From positions 1,216,001-1,280,000 of the forward strand of contig CAWIPH010000002.1 in assembly GCA_963837955.1 (NCBI GenBank): a DNA stretch of 64,000 bases. Direction: 5' to 3'. Under the pieces are notes generated by a model. The model made no database searches and was not told the origin of the DNA. It worked only from the letters and a program-made list of their open reading frames with translations. The stretch comes from an uncultured Verrucomicrobiae bacterium (GTDB taxonomy: Bacteria > Verrucomicrobiota > Verrucomicrobiia > Chthoniobacterales > JAFAMB01). Below are positions 28,663 through 38,754 of the stretch, piece after piece. A program made the position numbers and the translations under genes. Numbering within the stretch: position 1 is the first letter of the stretch; each line of letters starts with the position of its first letter.

Positions 28663-28680
28663 TTGTGAAATTTTTCACAA
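28663..28680. promoter_or_regulatory. Rex-type operator TTGTGAA-N4-TTCACAA (also fits CRP/FNR-family TGTGA-N6-TCACA)
   Basis: TTGTGAA-ATTT-TTCACAA, 64 bp upstream of the oxidase operon. Confidence 0.7.
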
Positions 28681-28930
28681 GCGATCTTTACATACCTCCA
28701 ATTTTCGAGCAAGCAACCGGCCAACTCTACCTAGTTTCGATCAGTTCTGCCGCAAAAACTGGTTCTGCAGGCAGCAGCAATTTCCGCTCTTGCCGAGAAA
28801 GCTCATCACCCCAGCTCTCTTCGGATATTACCAGCCCTTCCCTGCGCTATTGCGCTATACTTAGCTGATCAGCCAGGCCACGGCTATCACTCTTTTGGAT
28901 GCAGTTTCACTTATCCCGACGAAGGCCCAC

Positions 28931-29180
28931 AACGCCGGCTTGTCCGACGACCGTGTCCGACGAAGCCCTTCCGCTACATTGGCCACGTTCCAAGGATCAG
29001 CGAAGTCGGAAGCTTCCGGAGTTTCAAACGACGGAGCGAAGTTGGAGAACGCCGAGATCGCCGGGAACGCACGAGAACGCCGTCATCGCCGCGAACGCCG
29101 GGAGCGTATCGACTCATGAGTCACATGCGACCCATGAGTCCCACGGGCTCAGCGGCGATGACGGCGTTCTCGTGCGTTCC
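28931..29180. repeat. Dispersed palindromic repeat plus 29-bp perfect inverted repeat (29064-29092 / 29152-29180)
   Basis: Homologous to 54838-55020 (reverse). GGAACGCACGAGAACGCCGTCATCGCCGC and its reverse complement. Confidence 0.8.
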
Positions 29181-29228
29181 TGGAACTTGCTCTTGGGCCT
29201 GCGCTGGTTTAGTCCTTCCGATCCGATA

Positions 29229-29612
29229 ATGAACGCCGATTTCCGCTTTACGGAAGATGAATTGATTCCCGCCATTGTGCGCGAAGCAGATCCGCCCGGC
29301 CGTGTTTTGATGATGGCCTGGATGAACCGCGACTCGATCGAGCGCACGCTCGCCACCGGCTTCATGCATTATTGGAGCCGAACGCGGCAAAAACTCTGGT
29401 TGAAGGGCGAAACGAGCGGCCATACGCAAAAACTCGTTCGTTGGTTTACCGACTGTGACCGGGATGTGTTACTTTTTGAGGTGGAGCAGATAGCGGGCGC
29501 TTGTCATACCGGGTATTTCAGCTGTTTTTTCCAGGAGCTGGATTTGCAGGCGAATCCAAAACCGGTCTCCGAGGGCAAATCGTTCGATCCGGTTGAGGTG
29601 TACCAGAAATGA
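29229..29612 (+). CDS. hisI: Phosphoribosyl-AMP cyclohydrolase
   Basis: YWSRTRQKLWLKGETSGH, DCDRD, ACHTGYFSCF. Confidence 0.93.
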   Translation: MNADFRFTEDELIPAIVREADPPGRVLMMAWMNRDSIERTLATGFMHYWSRTRQKLWLKGETSGHTQKLVRWFTDCDRDVLLFEVEQIAGACHTGYFSCFFQELDLQANPKPVSEGKSFDPVEVYQK

Positions 29613-31105
29613 CAGAAATCCCACTTACTCCTACTCGCCCCGATTTTCTCGCCTTGGCGGCGAAAGGTAATCTGATCCCCGTTTACACGGAGTTTGTTGC
29701 GGATTACGAGACACCGGTTTCGGTTTTTGAAAAGATCGATAACGGCCGTCGTTCATTTCTGTTTGAGTCGGCCGAAAGTAACGATCACGTTGGGCGCTAT
29801 TCGTTCCTAGGGAGTTCGCCGCGCGTCTATTTCGAAAGCCGCGGGCGAAATATCCGAGTCGAAGAGAACGGCCAAACGCGAGATTTTGAAACGACGACGG
29901 ATCCTCTAGGCGAGCTACGCACCCTGCTGAGCCGTTATACCTTTGTCGATTTGCCAGGATTACCGCCGTTTGTTGGAGGTGCCGTGGGTTATATCGGATA
30001 CGATGTCGTCCGTTTCTTCGAACCAACCGTTACGCCCTCGCCGCCGGATCAACTAGATATACCGGATTCGGTTTTCATGATCACGGATACTTTTTTGGTC
30101 TTCGATCATAGGCTGCGGCGCTTAAAGATCTTCGCTACCGCCTTTGTGGATGGATCCGGGCCAGAAGCCGCCTACGATGAAGCCCGCGGAAAAATCGCTG
30201 CGATTCTCCAGCGCTTAGAGTCGCCGACGGAGGCACGGTTGATGAACGCCGCACCGTTGGAATCTTCCCTGCAGACAAAGGCTAACACCGAAAAATGGGA
30301 TTTTTGTGAGACTGTACGGCGTTGCCAGGAACACATTCAAGCGGGTGACGTCTTTCAGATCGTGCCATCGCTCAGATTTGAAGCTCCCTACTCGGGTGCG
30401 GCGCTTCCACTCTATCGCGCCCTTCGATTTGTTAATCCTTCTCCGTACATGTTCTGTTTGCGATTGAGTGACAGTTTCGCTTTGGTCGGGAGCTCTCCGG
30501 AAGTGCATGTTCGATTGCGCGATAGTAAAGTAGAGATTCGTCCACTAGCTGGTACTAGGAAACGTGGCGCGACGCCGGAAGAAGACCAGCAACTGGCCGC
30601 CGAGCTTTTGAAAGATCCTAAAGAGCGAGCCGAACATCTGATGTTGGTTGACCTGGCTCGGAATGATGTGGGTCGTATTTGTCGTTTTGGTTCGATCAAA
30701 GTGACCGACTTCATGACGATCGAGCGCTACAGCCACGTCATGCACATTGTTTCGAACGTCGAAGGGGAGTTGCAGGAGGGAAAAGATGCGGACGATGTGA
30801 TGCGCGCGACGTTTCCAGCCGGGACCGTTTCAGGAGCGCCCAAGGTGCGGGCGATGCAGTTAATCAACGGCTTCGAAAAGGGGAAAAGAGGGGCTTACTC
30901 AGGTGCAATCGGATACTTCGGTTTTGATGGCAACCTCGATTCCTGTATCGCGTTGCGTACGATTGTCCTAAAGGATGGAGTCGCCTACGCCCAAGCCGGG
31001 TGCGGCGTAGTCGCGGATTCGGTTCCCGAAGCGGAATATCAGGAGTGCGTCAACAAGGCGACGGCGCTGTTTCGAGCCATCGAACGAGCGCAGCGAATCT
31101 TATGA
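29609..31105 (+). CDS. trpE: Anthranilate synthase component I
   Basis: [41 protein letters not shown]. Confidence 0.93.
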   Translation: MTEIPLTPTRPDFLALAAKGNLIPVYTEFVADYETPVSVFEKIDNGRRSFLFESAESNDHVGRYSFLGSSPRVYFESRGRNIRVEENGQTRDFETTTDPLGELRTLLSRYTFVDLPGLPPFVGGAVGYIGYDVVRFFEPTVTPSPPDQLDIPDSVFMITDTFLVFDHRLRRLKIFATAFVDGSGPEAAYDEARGKIAAILQRLESPTEARLMNAAPLESSLQTKANTEKWDFCETVRRCQEHIQAGDVFQIVPSLRFEAPYSGAALPLYRALRFVNPSPYMFCLRLSDSFALVGSSPEVHVRLRDSKVEIRPLAGTRKRGATPEEDQQLAAELLKDPKERAEHLMLVDLARNDVGRICRFGSIKVTDFMTIERYSHVMHIVSNVEGELQEGKDADDVMRATFPAGTVSGAPKVRAMQLINGFEKGKRGAYSGAIGYFGFDGNLDSCIALRTIVLKDGVAYAQAGCGVVADSVPEAEYQECVNKATALFRAIERAQRIL

Positions 31106-31668
31106 TTTTGGTCATCGATAACTACGACTCATTTACCTATAACCTGGTCCAATATTTCGGCGAACTCGGAGCGGATCTGGTCGTTCGGCGTAACGACCAA
31201 GTGACGCTGGAGGAGGTGGCCGAATTGCGACCCGCCCGGATATGTATCTCTCCCGGCCCAGGAACCCCGGATGATGCCGGAATCAGCAACGAGCTGATTT
31301 TGCGATTTGGTCCAAGTATTCCGATTCTGGGGGTGTGCTTGGGGCATCAATGCATTGGTCAGGCCTTTGGCGGTGAGGTGGTTCGAGCCGATCGCTTAAT
31401 GCACGGTAAAACGTCGCCGATTTTGCATGAGGGGGACGGGGTCTTTGCCGGTTTGCCGAATCCATTCGAGGCAACGCGGTATCATTCTTTGATTGTTCGC
31501 CGCGAAACTTTGCCGCCGGAATTACAAATAACAGCCGAGACCGATGCGCAGGAGATCATGGGATTGAGGCATCGCCGATATCCGATTGAGGGCGTCCAAT
31601 TTCATCCGGAATCGATCATGACCGAGCCAGGAAAACGCTTGCTCGCGAATTTTTTACGCAAGCGGTAA
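31102..31668 (+). CDS. trpG: Anthranilate synthase component II (glutamine amidotransferase)
   Basis: [32 protein letters not shown] overlap with trpE. Confidence 0.93.
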   Translation: MILVIDNYDSFTYNLVQYFGELGADLVVRRNDQVTLEEVAELRPARICISPGPGTPDDAGISNELILRFGPSIPILGVCLGHQCIGQAFGGEVVRADRLMHGKTSPILHEGDGVFAGLPNPFEATRYHSLIVRRETLPPELQITAETDAQEIMGLRHRRYPIEGVQFHPESIMTEPGKRLLANFLRKR

Positions 31669-31715
31669 GGCTGCACAAGTAGCCTGATGCTCCAGCCTCA
31701 GGGCCGGAGCGAAGG

Positions 31716-31822
31716 TGAGAGGTGATTAGTGATCAGTGATTAGTGAGAGGTGGTAGGTGCCATCGGCAAATCCTCGGGCGAGATCTTCGACCAATCACCA
31801 ATCACTTCTCACCTCTCACACT
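31716..31822. repeat. Short heptameric tandem repeats in inverted arrangement
   Basis: TGAGAGG/TGATTAG/TGATCAG units facing CCAATCA/CTTCTCA/CCTCTCA units. Confidence 0.6.
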
Positions 31823-31951
31823 CTGTACCCCCTGAGCCATGAGGATCAGGCTACGTCCACGGCCATGTCCCGACCGCTGAGCCGCAAAAGAGGCCGCTCG
31901 GGCAGAGGGGGTTGTAGAGATTGGCCGGAAACTGGTTAGTTTCTAACCTGC

Positions 31952-33127
31952 ATGGCTATCGACCGCGCTCTGCCACTTATCAGTCGGCGTTTTGTCCAAA
32001 GAAGAGAGATTTTGCGAATCTTGGTTGGGCATTCGCTGTATTGGGGTTGCCAAATCGCCTGTTGGCTGGGCCTGTGGATCCTTTTCTTTTTGATCTTCAT
32101 TTCCGGATTAGCTCGCCAGCCGCCCACGGCGCTCCTGGTCGAACAAACGCTCTATTGCGCATTTGGATTGATTGGGACCCATTTGCTACGGATTCTCTTT
32201 TACTGGTTTGACTGGAATCGGCTTCCGCTTCTCGCGTTGATCCCGCGCGTGTTGGTTGCGACGATCTTGCTCGGCATCGTCGAGGTGTGGGCTATTCACC
32301 AAGTCGTGTTTGCTTCCATGCCGCCTCGACCGGTTTATCATAGCATGTACCATCTGCCTCACGGCCCATACCATGAGCCGGATGGCGAGGAAGGTCACTC
32401 CTTCCCGCGCTTTGCGTGGTTCGAATTTAGCAAATGTGCGCTTACCCTGTTTGCCTGGTCCGCTGTCTACTTTGGGTACCAATACCAAAAGCAATTGAAG
32501 GCGGTTCAGCTGGAAAGTCTGCGATTGGACGCGGCCGTTAAGGAAGCAGAATTGAAGGCGCTGCGAAGCCAAGTCAATCCGCACTTCCTTTTCAATAGTC
32601 TAAATACTATTCGCGCTCTCATTGATGAAAGTCCGAAAAAAGCCCGCGAGGGCGTCACTCGTTTGGCAGAGCTGTTTCGGGGAGCTCTGCGAATGTCGGA
32701 GTTGAATACGATTCCGCTCCGGGTGGAGCTTCAGACTGTGGACGCGTATCTGGCTCTCGAGCAGCTTCGGTTTGAGGACAAACTAAAAGTGCGGATGGAT
32801 ATCGATGCCTTGACGCTTGCTTTTCCCGTGCCTCCATTTCTGGTGCAATCTCTGATTGAAAACGCGTTTAAGCACGGGGTTTATACCCTTCAACAAGGCG
32901 GAGAAATCTCGTGCGTGATTCGTTCGCAATCCGGTGGGTTATCCATCGCAATCACTAACCCGGGGCACCTTACACCTTTCGAGCAGCGCAAAGAGAGCGG
33001 ATTAGCTAACGCTCGGGCTCGTCTCGAGTTGATCTATGGCTCTCAGGCTAGCCTTCGACTTTATCAGGACGCCACCGATAGCATCGTTACCAGTGTATTC
33101 TTGCCCGGCCCGGGGGGGAAGTCATGA
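31952..33127 (+). CDS. LytS/YehU-type sensor histidine kinase
   Basis: TM N-terminus; LRSQVNPHFLFNSLN, LIENAFKHG, GLANARARL. Confidence 0.92.
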   Translation: MAIDRALPLISRRFVQRREILRILVGHSLYWGCQIACWLGLWILFFLIFISGLARQPPTALLVEQTLYCAFGLIGTHLLRILFYWFDWNRLPLLALIPRVLVATILLGIVEVWAIHQVVFASMPPRPVYHSMYHLPHGPYHEPDGEEGHSFPRFAWFEFSKCALTLFAWSAVYFGYQYQKQLKAVQLESLRLDAAVKEAELKALRSQVNPHFLFNSLNTIRALIDESPKKAREGVTRLAELFRGALRMSELNTIPLRVELQTVDAYLALEQLRFEDKLKVRMDIDALTLAFPVPPFLVQSLIENAFKHGVYTLQQGGEISCVIRSQSGGLSIAITNPGHLTPFEQRKESGLANARARLELIYGSQASLRLYQDATDSIVTSVFLPGPGGKS

Positions 33128-33834
33128 AAGCATTGATCATTGACGATGAACGGCTAGCGCGCAGTGAAGTCCGCCGCCTACTCTCGGAATTCCCCTGGGT
33201 CTCGATCGTCGGCGAAGCCGAGAACGCAGATGAGGCGCTGATTAAGATCAATGAGTTACGGCCCGATCTGCTCTTTCTAGATGTTCAGATGCCGGGGAAG
33301 AGTGGCTTCGATCTTTTGGAAAGCATCCAGGGCGATCTCCCACACGTGATCTTTACCACGGCGTACGACGAATTTGCCTTGCGCGCGTTCGAAGTGAACG
33401 CGTTGGATTATCTGGTCAAGCCGATTACACCGGAACGGCTGGCCCTCGCCTTGGGCCGCATCCGCGACGCCGGACCGCAGACGGTCAGTGATACTCCGTT
33501 GCGAGTTTCCGATCATGTCCTAGTACGGGATGGAGCCCGTTGTTGGTTCGTCGCGCTGAGTCGCATCCGGTTGCTGGAATCGGATGGAAACTACACCCGG
33601 GTCTATTTCGATTCCGCGAAACCGCTTATTTACCGTTCATTGACTACCCTCGAGCAACGACTGCCATCTGAGGCCTTCTTCCGAATCAATCGCCAGCAGA
33701 TCGTGAATCTCGATTTCATTGAGAATATTGAATCCTGGTTCAGCGGCGGCCTGAAGATCTGGCTGCGCGGCGGAGAAGAGTGCGAGGTATCTAGGCGTGC
33801 CGCTCGTACTTTCCGGCAAAAGCTTAGTTTATAG
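33124..33834 (+). CDS. LytTR-family response regulator
   Basis: Receiver IIDDE/FLDVQMP/YLVKP; LytTR FFRINRQQIVN and VSRR. Confidence 0.93.
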   Translation: MKALIIDDERLARSEVRRLLSEFPWVSIVGEAENADEALIKINELRPDLLFLDVQMPGKSGFDLLESIQGDLPHVIFTTAYDEFALRAFEVNALDYLVKPITPERLALALGRIRDAGPQTVSDTPLRVSDHVLVRDGARCWFVALSRIRLLESDGNYTRVYFDSAKPLIYRSLTTLEQRLPSEAFFRINRQQIVNLDFIENIESWFSGGLKIWLRGGEECEVSRRAARTFRQKLSL

Positions 33835-33963
33835 GGGAGGATGCCCCTGCGGGACGCGATCCCCGTCCGGATCGATTCGCTTTTTTGCCTTCGATCCTCT
33901 CCCTGGAGCCATTCATCATAAATCGGGGTACCAAAACCAACAAAATCACTAAAAAATTGTCAC

Positions 33964-34440
33964 ATGAAGAAATCGAATGCTTGGTTGGCGATACTCTTTC
34001 TAAGTTTAGCCCCTTTCACTGTTGCTTCGGCGCAGTGGCATGGTTGCGGCGAGGGCAGTTTTCTTGGCGGTTTTGGTCGAGAGACTCTGGAGGATTTAGA
34101 TCTTTCCGAGACACAACGGCAACAGGTTCACCAAATTTTCCAGTCTAACCACGACGCGTTTCGAACCGCAATGAAAGGGGTCTTAGAGGCGCACCGAGAC
34201 CTGAACACCGCGATGCAAGCCAATGCGCCGGATGAAGCCACAATTCGCGCCCGAACTACCCAGCTCGGCAACGCAATGGCTAATCTCGCTGTTCTAAAGG
34301 CGCAGATGCGTACGAAAATTGTAGCGCTTCTCGATGCTTCTCAGCAGCAAAAATTAGCTCAGACTGAACAAGATCAAGCGCGGCGGACTCAAAAGATGAT
34401 TGATCGCATGAGCCAGCCAGGTGAGCCCGGCGGGGAGTAG
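33964..34440 (+). CDS. Spy/CpxP-family periplasmic protein
   Basis: Signal peptide; LSETQRQQ and LDASQQQK LTxxQ-like motifs. Confidence 0.8.
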   Translation: MKKSNAWLAILFLSLAPFTVASAQWHGCGEGSFLGGFGRETLEDLDLSETQRQQVHQIFQSNHDAFRTAMKGVLEAHRDLNTAMQANAPDEATIRARTTQLGNAMANLAVLKAQMRTKIVALLDASQQQKLAQTEQDQARRTQKMIDRMSQPGEPGGE

Positions 34441-34596
34441 ATGTCAGCGGTTCGCGGTTTCAATGCCCGCACGCGCAAATTCGATGGAACCCGGCTTCGG
34501 TTGGCCGGGTCTTCTTCTAGATTCTGAATTCCGGGCGGCAGTGCCGGGTAAGTAACGGTGACGGGTTACCTGTTCCCGGAGGTTAAACCCTGCCCA

Positions 34597-34769
34597 GGGA
34601 GGGATCGCAGCCTGTCCGACATAGCTTTTGATGCATCACGCTCAACGACCGTACGCTTCTGCGATGTCGGATCCTCGCGATCCGCGGCGCACGAGGATCC
34701 GACGTCGCGCTCAAGCATTTCTGCGGCAGGCATCAAAAAGGCTATGTCGGACAGGCTGTGCGCCCTCCC
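34597..34769. repeat. Nested palindromic element (GGAGGG...CCCTCC REP-like family)
   Basis: ~38-bp arms at 34597-34634 and 34730-34769 with an inner hairpin at 34661-34708; related doublet at ~35589-35711. Confidence 0.75.
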
Positions 34770-34820
34770 GGGGCGAATCGCGAACGGCTAACCGTCAGAG
34801 CAAAGGTCTGCGCAAGATGA

Positions 34821-34904
34821 ACCGTTCGTCGATGCCGGGATCCTTTCGTAACGTCGGTTGACCGCAAATCCTGAAGTTGAATCTGCTCAACCGGTCCATT
34901 CGTC
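34821..34904 (+). promoter_or_regulatory. Candidate LytTR direct-repeat binding sites
   Basis: ACCGTTCGTC (34821), TCCTTTCGTA (34841), TCCATTCGTC (34895). Confidence 0.5.
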
Positions 34905-34915
34905 AGTAGCGATGT

Positions 34916-35392
34916 ATGAAATTGAAACTTCTATTGGTTGCGGCCGTCGGTATGCTGGGTTTTAGCTCCCTGCACGCTCAGTCGGCAGACGCCAGCCCTT
35001 CGGCAACGAACGAAGGGCAGAATCACGAACACAAGCATCATCACGCCTTTTGGAAGGCGTTAGATCTTACAGACGCTCAACGTCAACAAGTCCATCAGAT
35101 GGTGGAAGGCGATAAGCCAGCCGCTAAAGGTCTGATGGTAAATCTGTTGAACGCGGAAAAAGCTCTGCACGACGCGATCGCCAAGAATCCGGGCGATGAA
35201 GCAACGATTCGTTCGCTCTCGGCGACGCTCGGTAATGCCAAGACCGAGTTAATTGTTCAACGTGCTAAAGTCCGCTCTCAAGTCGTGGGCATACTCACGC
35301 CAGAACAGAAACAAAAATTGGCGCAATGGGATCAAAAACGAGACGACCGGTTGCAAAAGCGCGTTGATCATTTGAACGGGTCAAACAGTTAA
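34916..35392 (+). CDS. Spy/CpxP-family periplasmic protein
   Basis: Signal peptide, His-rich segment, LTDAQRQQ and LTPEQKQK. Confidence 0.85.
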   Translation: MKLKLLLVAAVGMLGFSSLHAQSADASPSATNEGQNHEHKHHHAFWKALDLTDAQRQQVHQMVEGDKPAAKGLMVNLLNAEKALHDAIAKNPGDEATIRSLSATLGNAKTELIVQRAKVRSQVVGILTPEQKQKLAQWDQKRDDRLQKRVDHLNGSNS

Positions 35393-35453
35393 TCCGAATT
35401 GCTCGTATTTCTGGGTACGGTCTGATCGATGGGTTGTAGACCGGTAAGAAAAA

Positions 35454-35480
35454 CAGCCGCGCGCTTTGAGCGCGCGGCTG
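35454..35480. terminator. Probable bidirectional intrinsic terminator
   Basis: CAGCCGCGCGCT-TTG-AGCGCGCGGCTG with an A-tract on one side, between convergent genes. Confidence 0.65.
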
Positions 35481-35808
35481 CCTTGCTTTGGAGATCCGGG
35501 GATACTCTTCGGTAAAGCGCGCACTCACCGTGGTGAGTCGGGCGCCTGAGCGTTTGGCGGCCGCACGGTAGCTGCCGGACCCAACGCGGGGAGGGATCGC
35601 GTCCCTGCGATCCGTTGTGGCCGGACCCAAGCGCGTTTGTATACCAAGGGTTAAATTGCGTCCCCGAGGTTAGAGATCGTTTTCTCGGCGCGCGGGGACG
35701 CGCGCCCTCCCGGCGATAGAGCAGAACAAACCATTCTTACGTTGACGCGTATGGGCGCCTCAGCGGGACAAGCCGGCGCCGCACAGCAAGTCTACGTGCC
35801 CAATCTGT

Positions 35809-36432
35809 TCAAGAGTCTTCCGGAAATAGCACCGCGCGAACCGGCGCTGCGTCGGCGCCGACTAACTTGATCGGGAAAGCAGCTAACTGGTATCTGCCAG
35901 GCCAGACCGCTTCCAGCCAGAGCGATTCCAATATGTAAATTCCAGCTCGGAAGAGCGCATGATGAATGGGAAGATCCTTGCTGTCGAGATGGTCTACCGA
36001 AGGTAAATCTACCCCGACCAGTCGCACGCCGGCCTTGGCAAGCTGATCGATGGTGGCAACCGTCAGCGTTGGTATGTGCTTCGGAAATCTTCCGTGGTTG
36101 GGCCAACCTCCGGTCCGGAAAAGTACCCGGGGAGCTAAATCAATATCGTTGGGAAGAATGATCTCCTCGATTTCTTGAGATTCTATCACCAGCGCTGTTC
36201 CGCAAACGATGTCCAACGGGACCCGATCAATTGTCATTTCAGAATCAGTAAAGTGAATAGGCGCATCCAGATGTGTTCCAAAATGCGTGCTCATGCGAAC
36301 CGATCCGACCGTGATTGCGTCACCATGTTTTCGTGAGACTGGGAAAGCCAGATCGAAAGGCGTGTCTCCGGGCCAGTGCGCTGTAGCCGACCCGGTCGGT
36401 CGGCTGATATCAATTATGTTGCCGGTTCGCAT
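35809..36432 (-). CDS. kynB: Kynurenine formamidase (cyclase family)
   Basis: WPGDTPF, HFGTHLDAPIH, GVDLPSVD; downstream of kynU. Confidence 0.8.
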   Translation of the reverse strand: MRTGNIIDISRPTGSATAHWPGDTPFDLAFPVSRKHGDAITVGSVRMSTHFGTHLDAPIHFTDSEMTIDRVPLDIVCGTALVIESQEIEEIILPNDIDLAPRVLFRTGGWPNHGRFPKHIPTLTVATIDQLAKAGVRLVGVDLPSVDHLDSKDLPIHHALFRAGIYILESLWLEAVWPGRYQLAAFPIKLVGADAAPVRAVLFPEDS

Positions 36433-36462
36433 GAGAGGTAACGGACGAAATGGAGCCTCCGA

Positions 36463-36680
36463 AGTAATCGGTAATCAGTGATCAGTAATCAGTAATCAGT
36501 AATCAGTAATCAGTAATCAGTAATCGCCAACCGTAACCTAAAACCTAACCCAGCGTTACCGATGTTTCTGACTGCGCCCTGTTTTACCGATCACCGATCA
36601 CTGATCACTGATCACTGATCACTGATCACCGATCACTGATTACTGATCACTGATTACCGATTACTGATTACCGATTACCG
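36463..36680. repeat. Inverted arrays of 7-bp tandem repeats (AGTAATC x9; CTGATCA/CTGATTA x~13)
   Basis: 36463-36525 and 36586-36680. Confidence 0.92.
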
Positions 36681-36691
36681 GTTCCGCCGCA

Positions 36692-37939
36692 CTAGGTAAT
36701 CAGGTCACCTGAACGGTCACTCAAGCCAGGGGCCAGAGCCTCAGCTTCACGAAGGAATTGGGCGGTTTGCTCCAGCTCGGAAAAAGAATTGTAAAGAGCG
36801 ACTGGAGCGAGACGCAATGTGTCTGGCGGCCTGAAATCACCGATCACGCCAAATCGTTCCCGAAGGAGCTTTGCAATCTGTCGGGCAAGCGGATGCTGCA
36901 AGGCGATATGTCCGCCGCGTTCCTGGGCTGATTTCGGCGTGACGATGCGGAAGCCGCTGCTTCGCTCCTCCAAAGCAGCCACGAGAAACTCGGTGAGCGC
37001 AACTGATACAGATCGAATCCGGCTGATTCCCGCATTTTGAAAAATCTCAAGACTGACTTCCAACGGGACTAAGCTTAGCAAAGACGGCGTACTTATTTGG
37101 AGAGCTCCCGCACTTGCGGCCGGGCGGAAAGTCTGCGCCATCTCGAATTGAGTTGTTTTTTCGTTGCCCCACCAGCCGGCTAATCCTGGGTGGAGGGTGG
37201 GTAGATGCCGGCTTCGGAATAAATAGCCGATCGCGCCCGGTCCGCCGTTTAGATATTTGTAGCTGCAGCCGAAGGCAAGTTCGACGCCATCGCCGGTGAA
37301 ATCATGATCAATCGCTCCGGTAGAATGAGAGCAATCCCAGGCAATACGAATGCCGGCGGTTTTCGCTTTCTGCATAATCGCACGAATCGGAAGTAATTGT
37401 CCGGTTGAGTAGACAACGGTTGGTAATACGGCAAAGGCAACCGCCTCATCGAACGCGTCCAAGATGTCTGCGGGATCCAACAATCCTTGATCCGTGTTTG
37501 GCACCACTCGCAGGGACGTCTTCGGATCTAGTCCACGGAGCCGGAGATGGCTCTCGACAGCGTAACGATCAGAAGGAAACGCGGATGTGTCGATTGCGAT
37601 CACTGATTTGCTGGGACTCGGCTGATAGTAGGTAGCTAAAAGTTGATGCAAATTGACCGTCGTAGAACCGGTAAAGATCACTTCCTCTGGCGCCGCGCCC
37701 AGAAGGGCAGCGAGCGCAGCGGCTAGCCGCTCGGCTAGATCAAACCAACCGCATACGGTCCAGCCTTCGACCGCGTGCTTTTGCCATTCCTGGATGCGCT
37801 GCCCGAGAGCTTCGATGGCTTTGCCAGGCAGAAGGCCAAGCGAATTACCATCCAGGTAGATTTTGTTTTCGGGCCGGCAAAATTCGGAATGAAAGATGGC
37901 GAGGGGATTGGATTGATCCAGCTTGCTCGCCGAAGTCAT
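36692..37939 (-). CDS. kynU: Kynureninase (PLP-dependent)
   Basis: IYLDGNSLG, AFPSDRY, WDCSHSTG, GCSYKYLNGGPG, GWWG. Confidence 0.92.
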   Translation of the reverse strand: MTSASKLDQSNPLAIFHSEFCRPENKIYLDGNSLGLLPGKAIEALGQRIQEWQKHAVEGWTVCGWFDLAERLAAALAALLGAAPEEVIFTGSTTVNLHQLLATYYQPSPSKSVIAIDTSAFPSDRYAVESHLRLRGLDPKTSLRVVPNTDQGLLDPADILDAFDEAVAFAVLPTVVYSTGQLLPIRAIMQKAKTAGIRIAWDCSHSTGAIDHDFTGDGVELAFGCSYKYLNGGPGAIGYLFRSRHLPTLHPGLAGWWGNEKTTQFEMAQTFRPAASAGALQISTPSLLSLVPLEVSLEIFQNAGISRIRSVSVALTEFLVAALEERSSGFRIVTPKSAQERGGHIALQHPLARQIAKLLRERFGVIGDFRPPDTLRLAPVALYNSFSELEQTAQFLREAEALAPGLSDRSGDLIT

Positions 37940-38048
37940 GGAAGCAAGCTGGGCGAAGGCGGAGGCCATAGGCAAATAAAAAATCGCAGCTGATCAATCA
38001 TCGACATAGCCATTCCTCTTCCCGGAAGGTGACGGTTTTTCTGGCTAC

Positions 38049-38669
38049 TCATTGATTGATCTTCTTCTTGCGTTGGTAATACCGCCTCGCCTTTGCCTGG
38101 CTGCCGCAATCCCCCATCGAGCACCAACGTCGGCTGTGGTTTTTCGTGGTGTCGACAAAGAGCCATCCGCACGTGGCGTCTGCACATTGGCGAACGTGAT
38201 GCACCTTATCCGAAACAAGGAGATCCGCTGCGGACCAAGCAACTGGGGCCAGTAGCCAGTCATTAGTAACTTGCGCGATCTCGCGGGCGCAGGAGAAACC
38301 TTGGCCTTGCAGACGAATTTCCAATCGAATCGGAAATTTCCGAAGCATTTCATTCAAGGCAGCAAGATCGCTCGTGTAGGGCGCCTCTTTTCGCTGCAAC
38401 GCCCCGAATATGCGGAAAAGCGTTTCCCGGAACCGTCGCGCCTCCTCTAGAACCTTCGCGGTCTGGCTAGAATTTGTCTCCGAATAAGCAAGGAGCCCGA
38501 GTGCCTTGCCGTCATCAATGAGGCCTGCCTCCTTGCTCCAGCGAATCAGTTCCGCGTAGCTGGGCAATTTCTCACTCGGATCTTCAGAGGCGTGCGAGCC
38601 CACGGTATTTACGAAGTCTAAGGAGAGTGCACCTGCGATAAACTCGAATGGCTTAAAGTTTTCCGACAT
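38049..38669 (-). CDS. ABATE / CGNR zinc-finger protein
   Basis: LSLDFVNT; CADATCGWLFVDTTKNHSRRWCSMGDCGSQAK. Confidence 0.88.
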   Translation of the reverse strand: MSENFKPFEFIAGALSLDFVNTVGSHASEDPSEKLPSYAELIRWSKEAGLIDDGKALGLLAYSETNSSQTAKVLEEARRFRETLFRIFGALQRKEAPYTSDLAALNEMLRKFPIRLEIRLQGQGFSCAREIAQVTNDWLLAPVAWSAADLLVSDKVHHVRQCADATCGWLFVDTTKNHSRRWCSMGDCGSQAKARRYYQRKKKINQ

Positions 38670-38674
38670 TTCTT

Positions 38675-38754
38675 TATTACCATCAAAATATCACTTGAAT
38701 GGTAATATACAAGAGCTAGACTATCACCATCAAAAGTTATGTTTGAAGGTAATA
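38675..38754. promoter_or_regulatory. Two 33-bp related palindromes in a divergent promoter (candidate operators)
   Basis: TATTACCATCAAAATATCACTTGAATGGTAATA (38675-38707) and TATCACCATCAAAAGTTATGTTTGAAGGTAATA (38722-38754). Confidence 0.65.

Noticed and set aside
28899..29228. Long N-terminal extension of hisI or an attenuator leader peptide
   Set aside because: The region is repeat-derived and has no His/Trp codon run.
36463..36680. Possible CRISPR array (also 54521-54959)
   Set aside because: Contiguous 7- or 9-bp units with no unique spacers, and no cas genes in the window.
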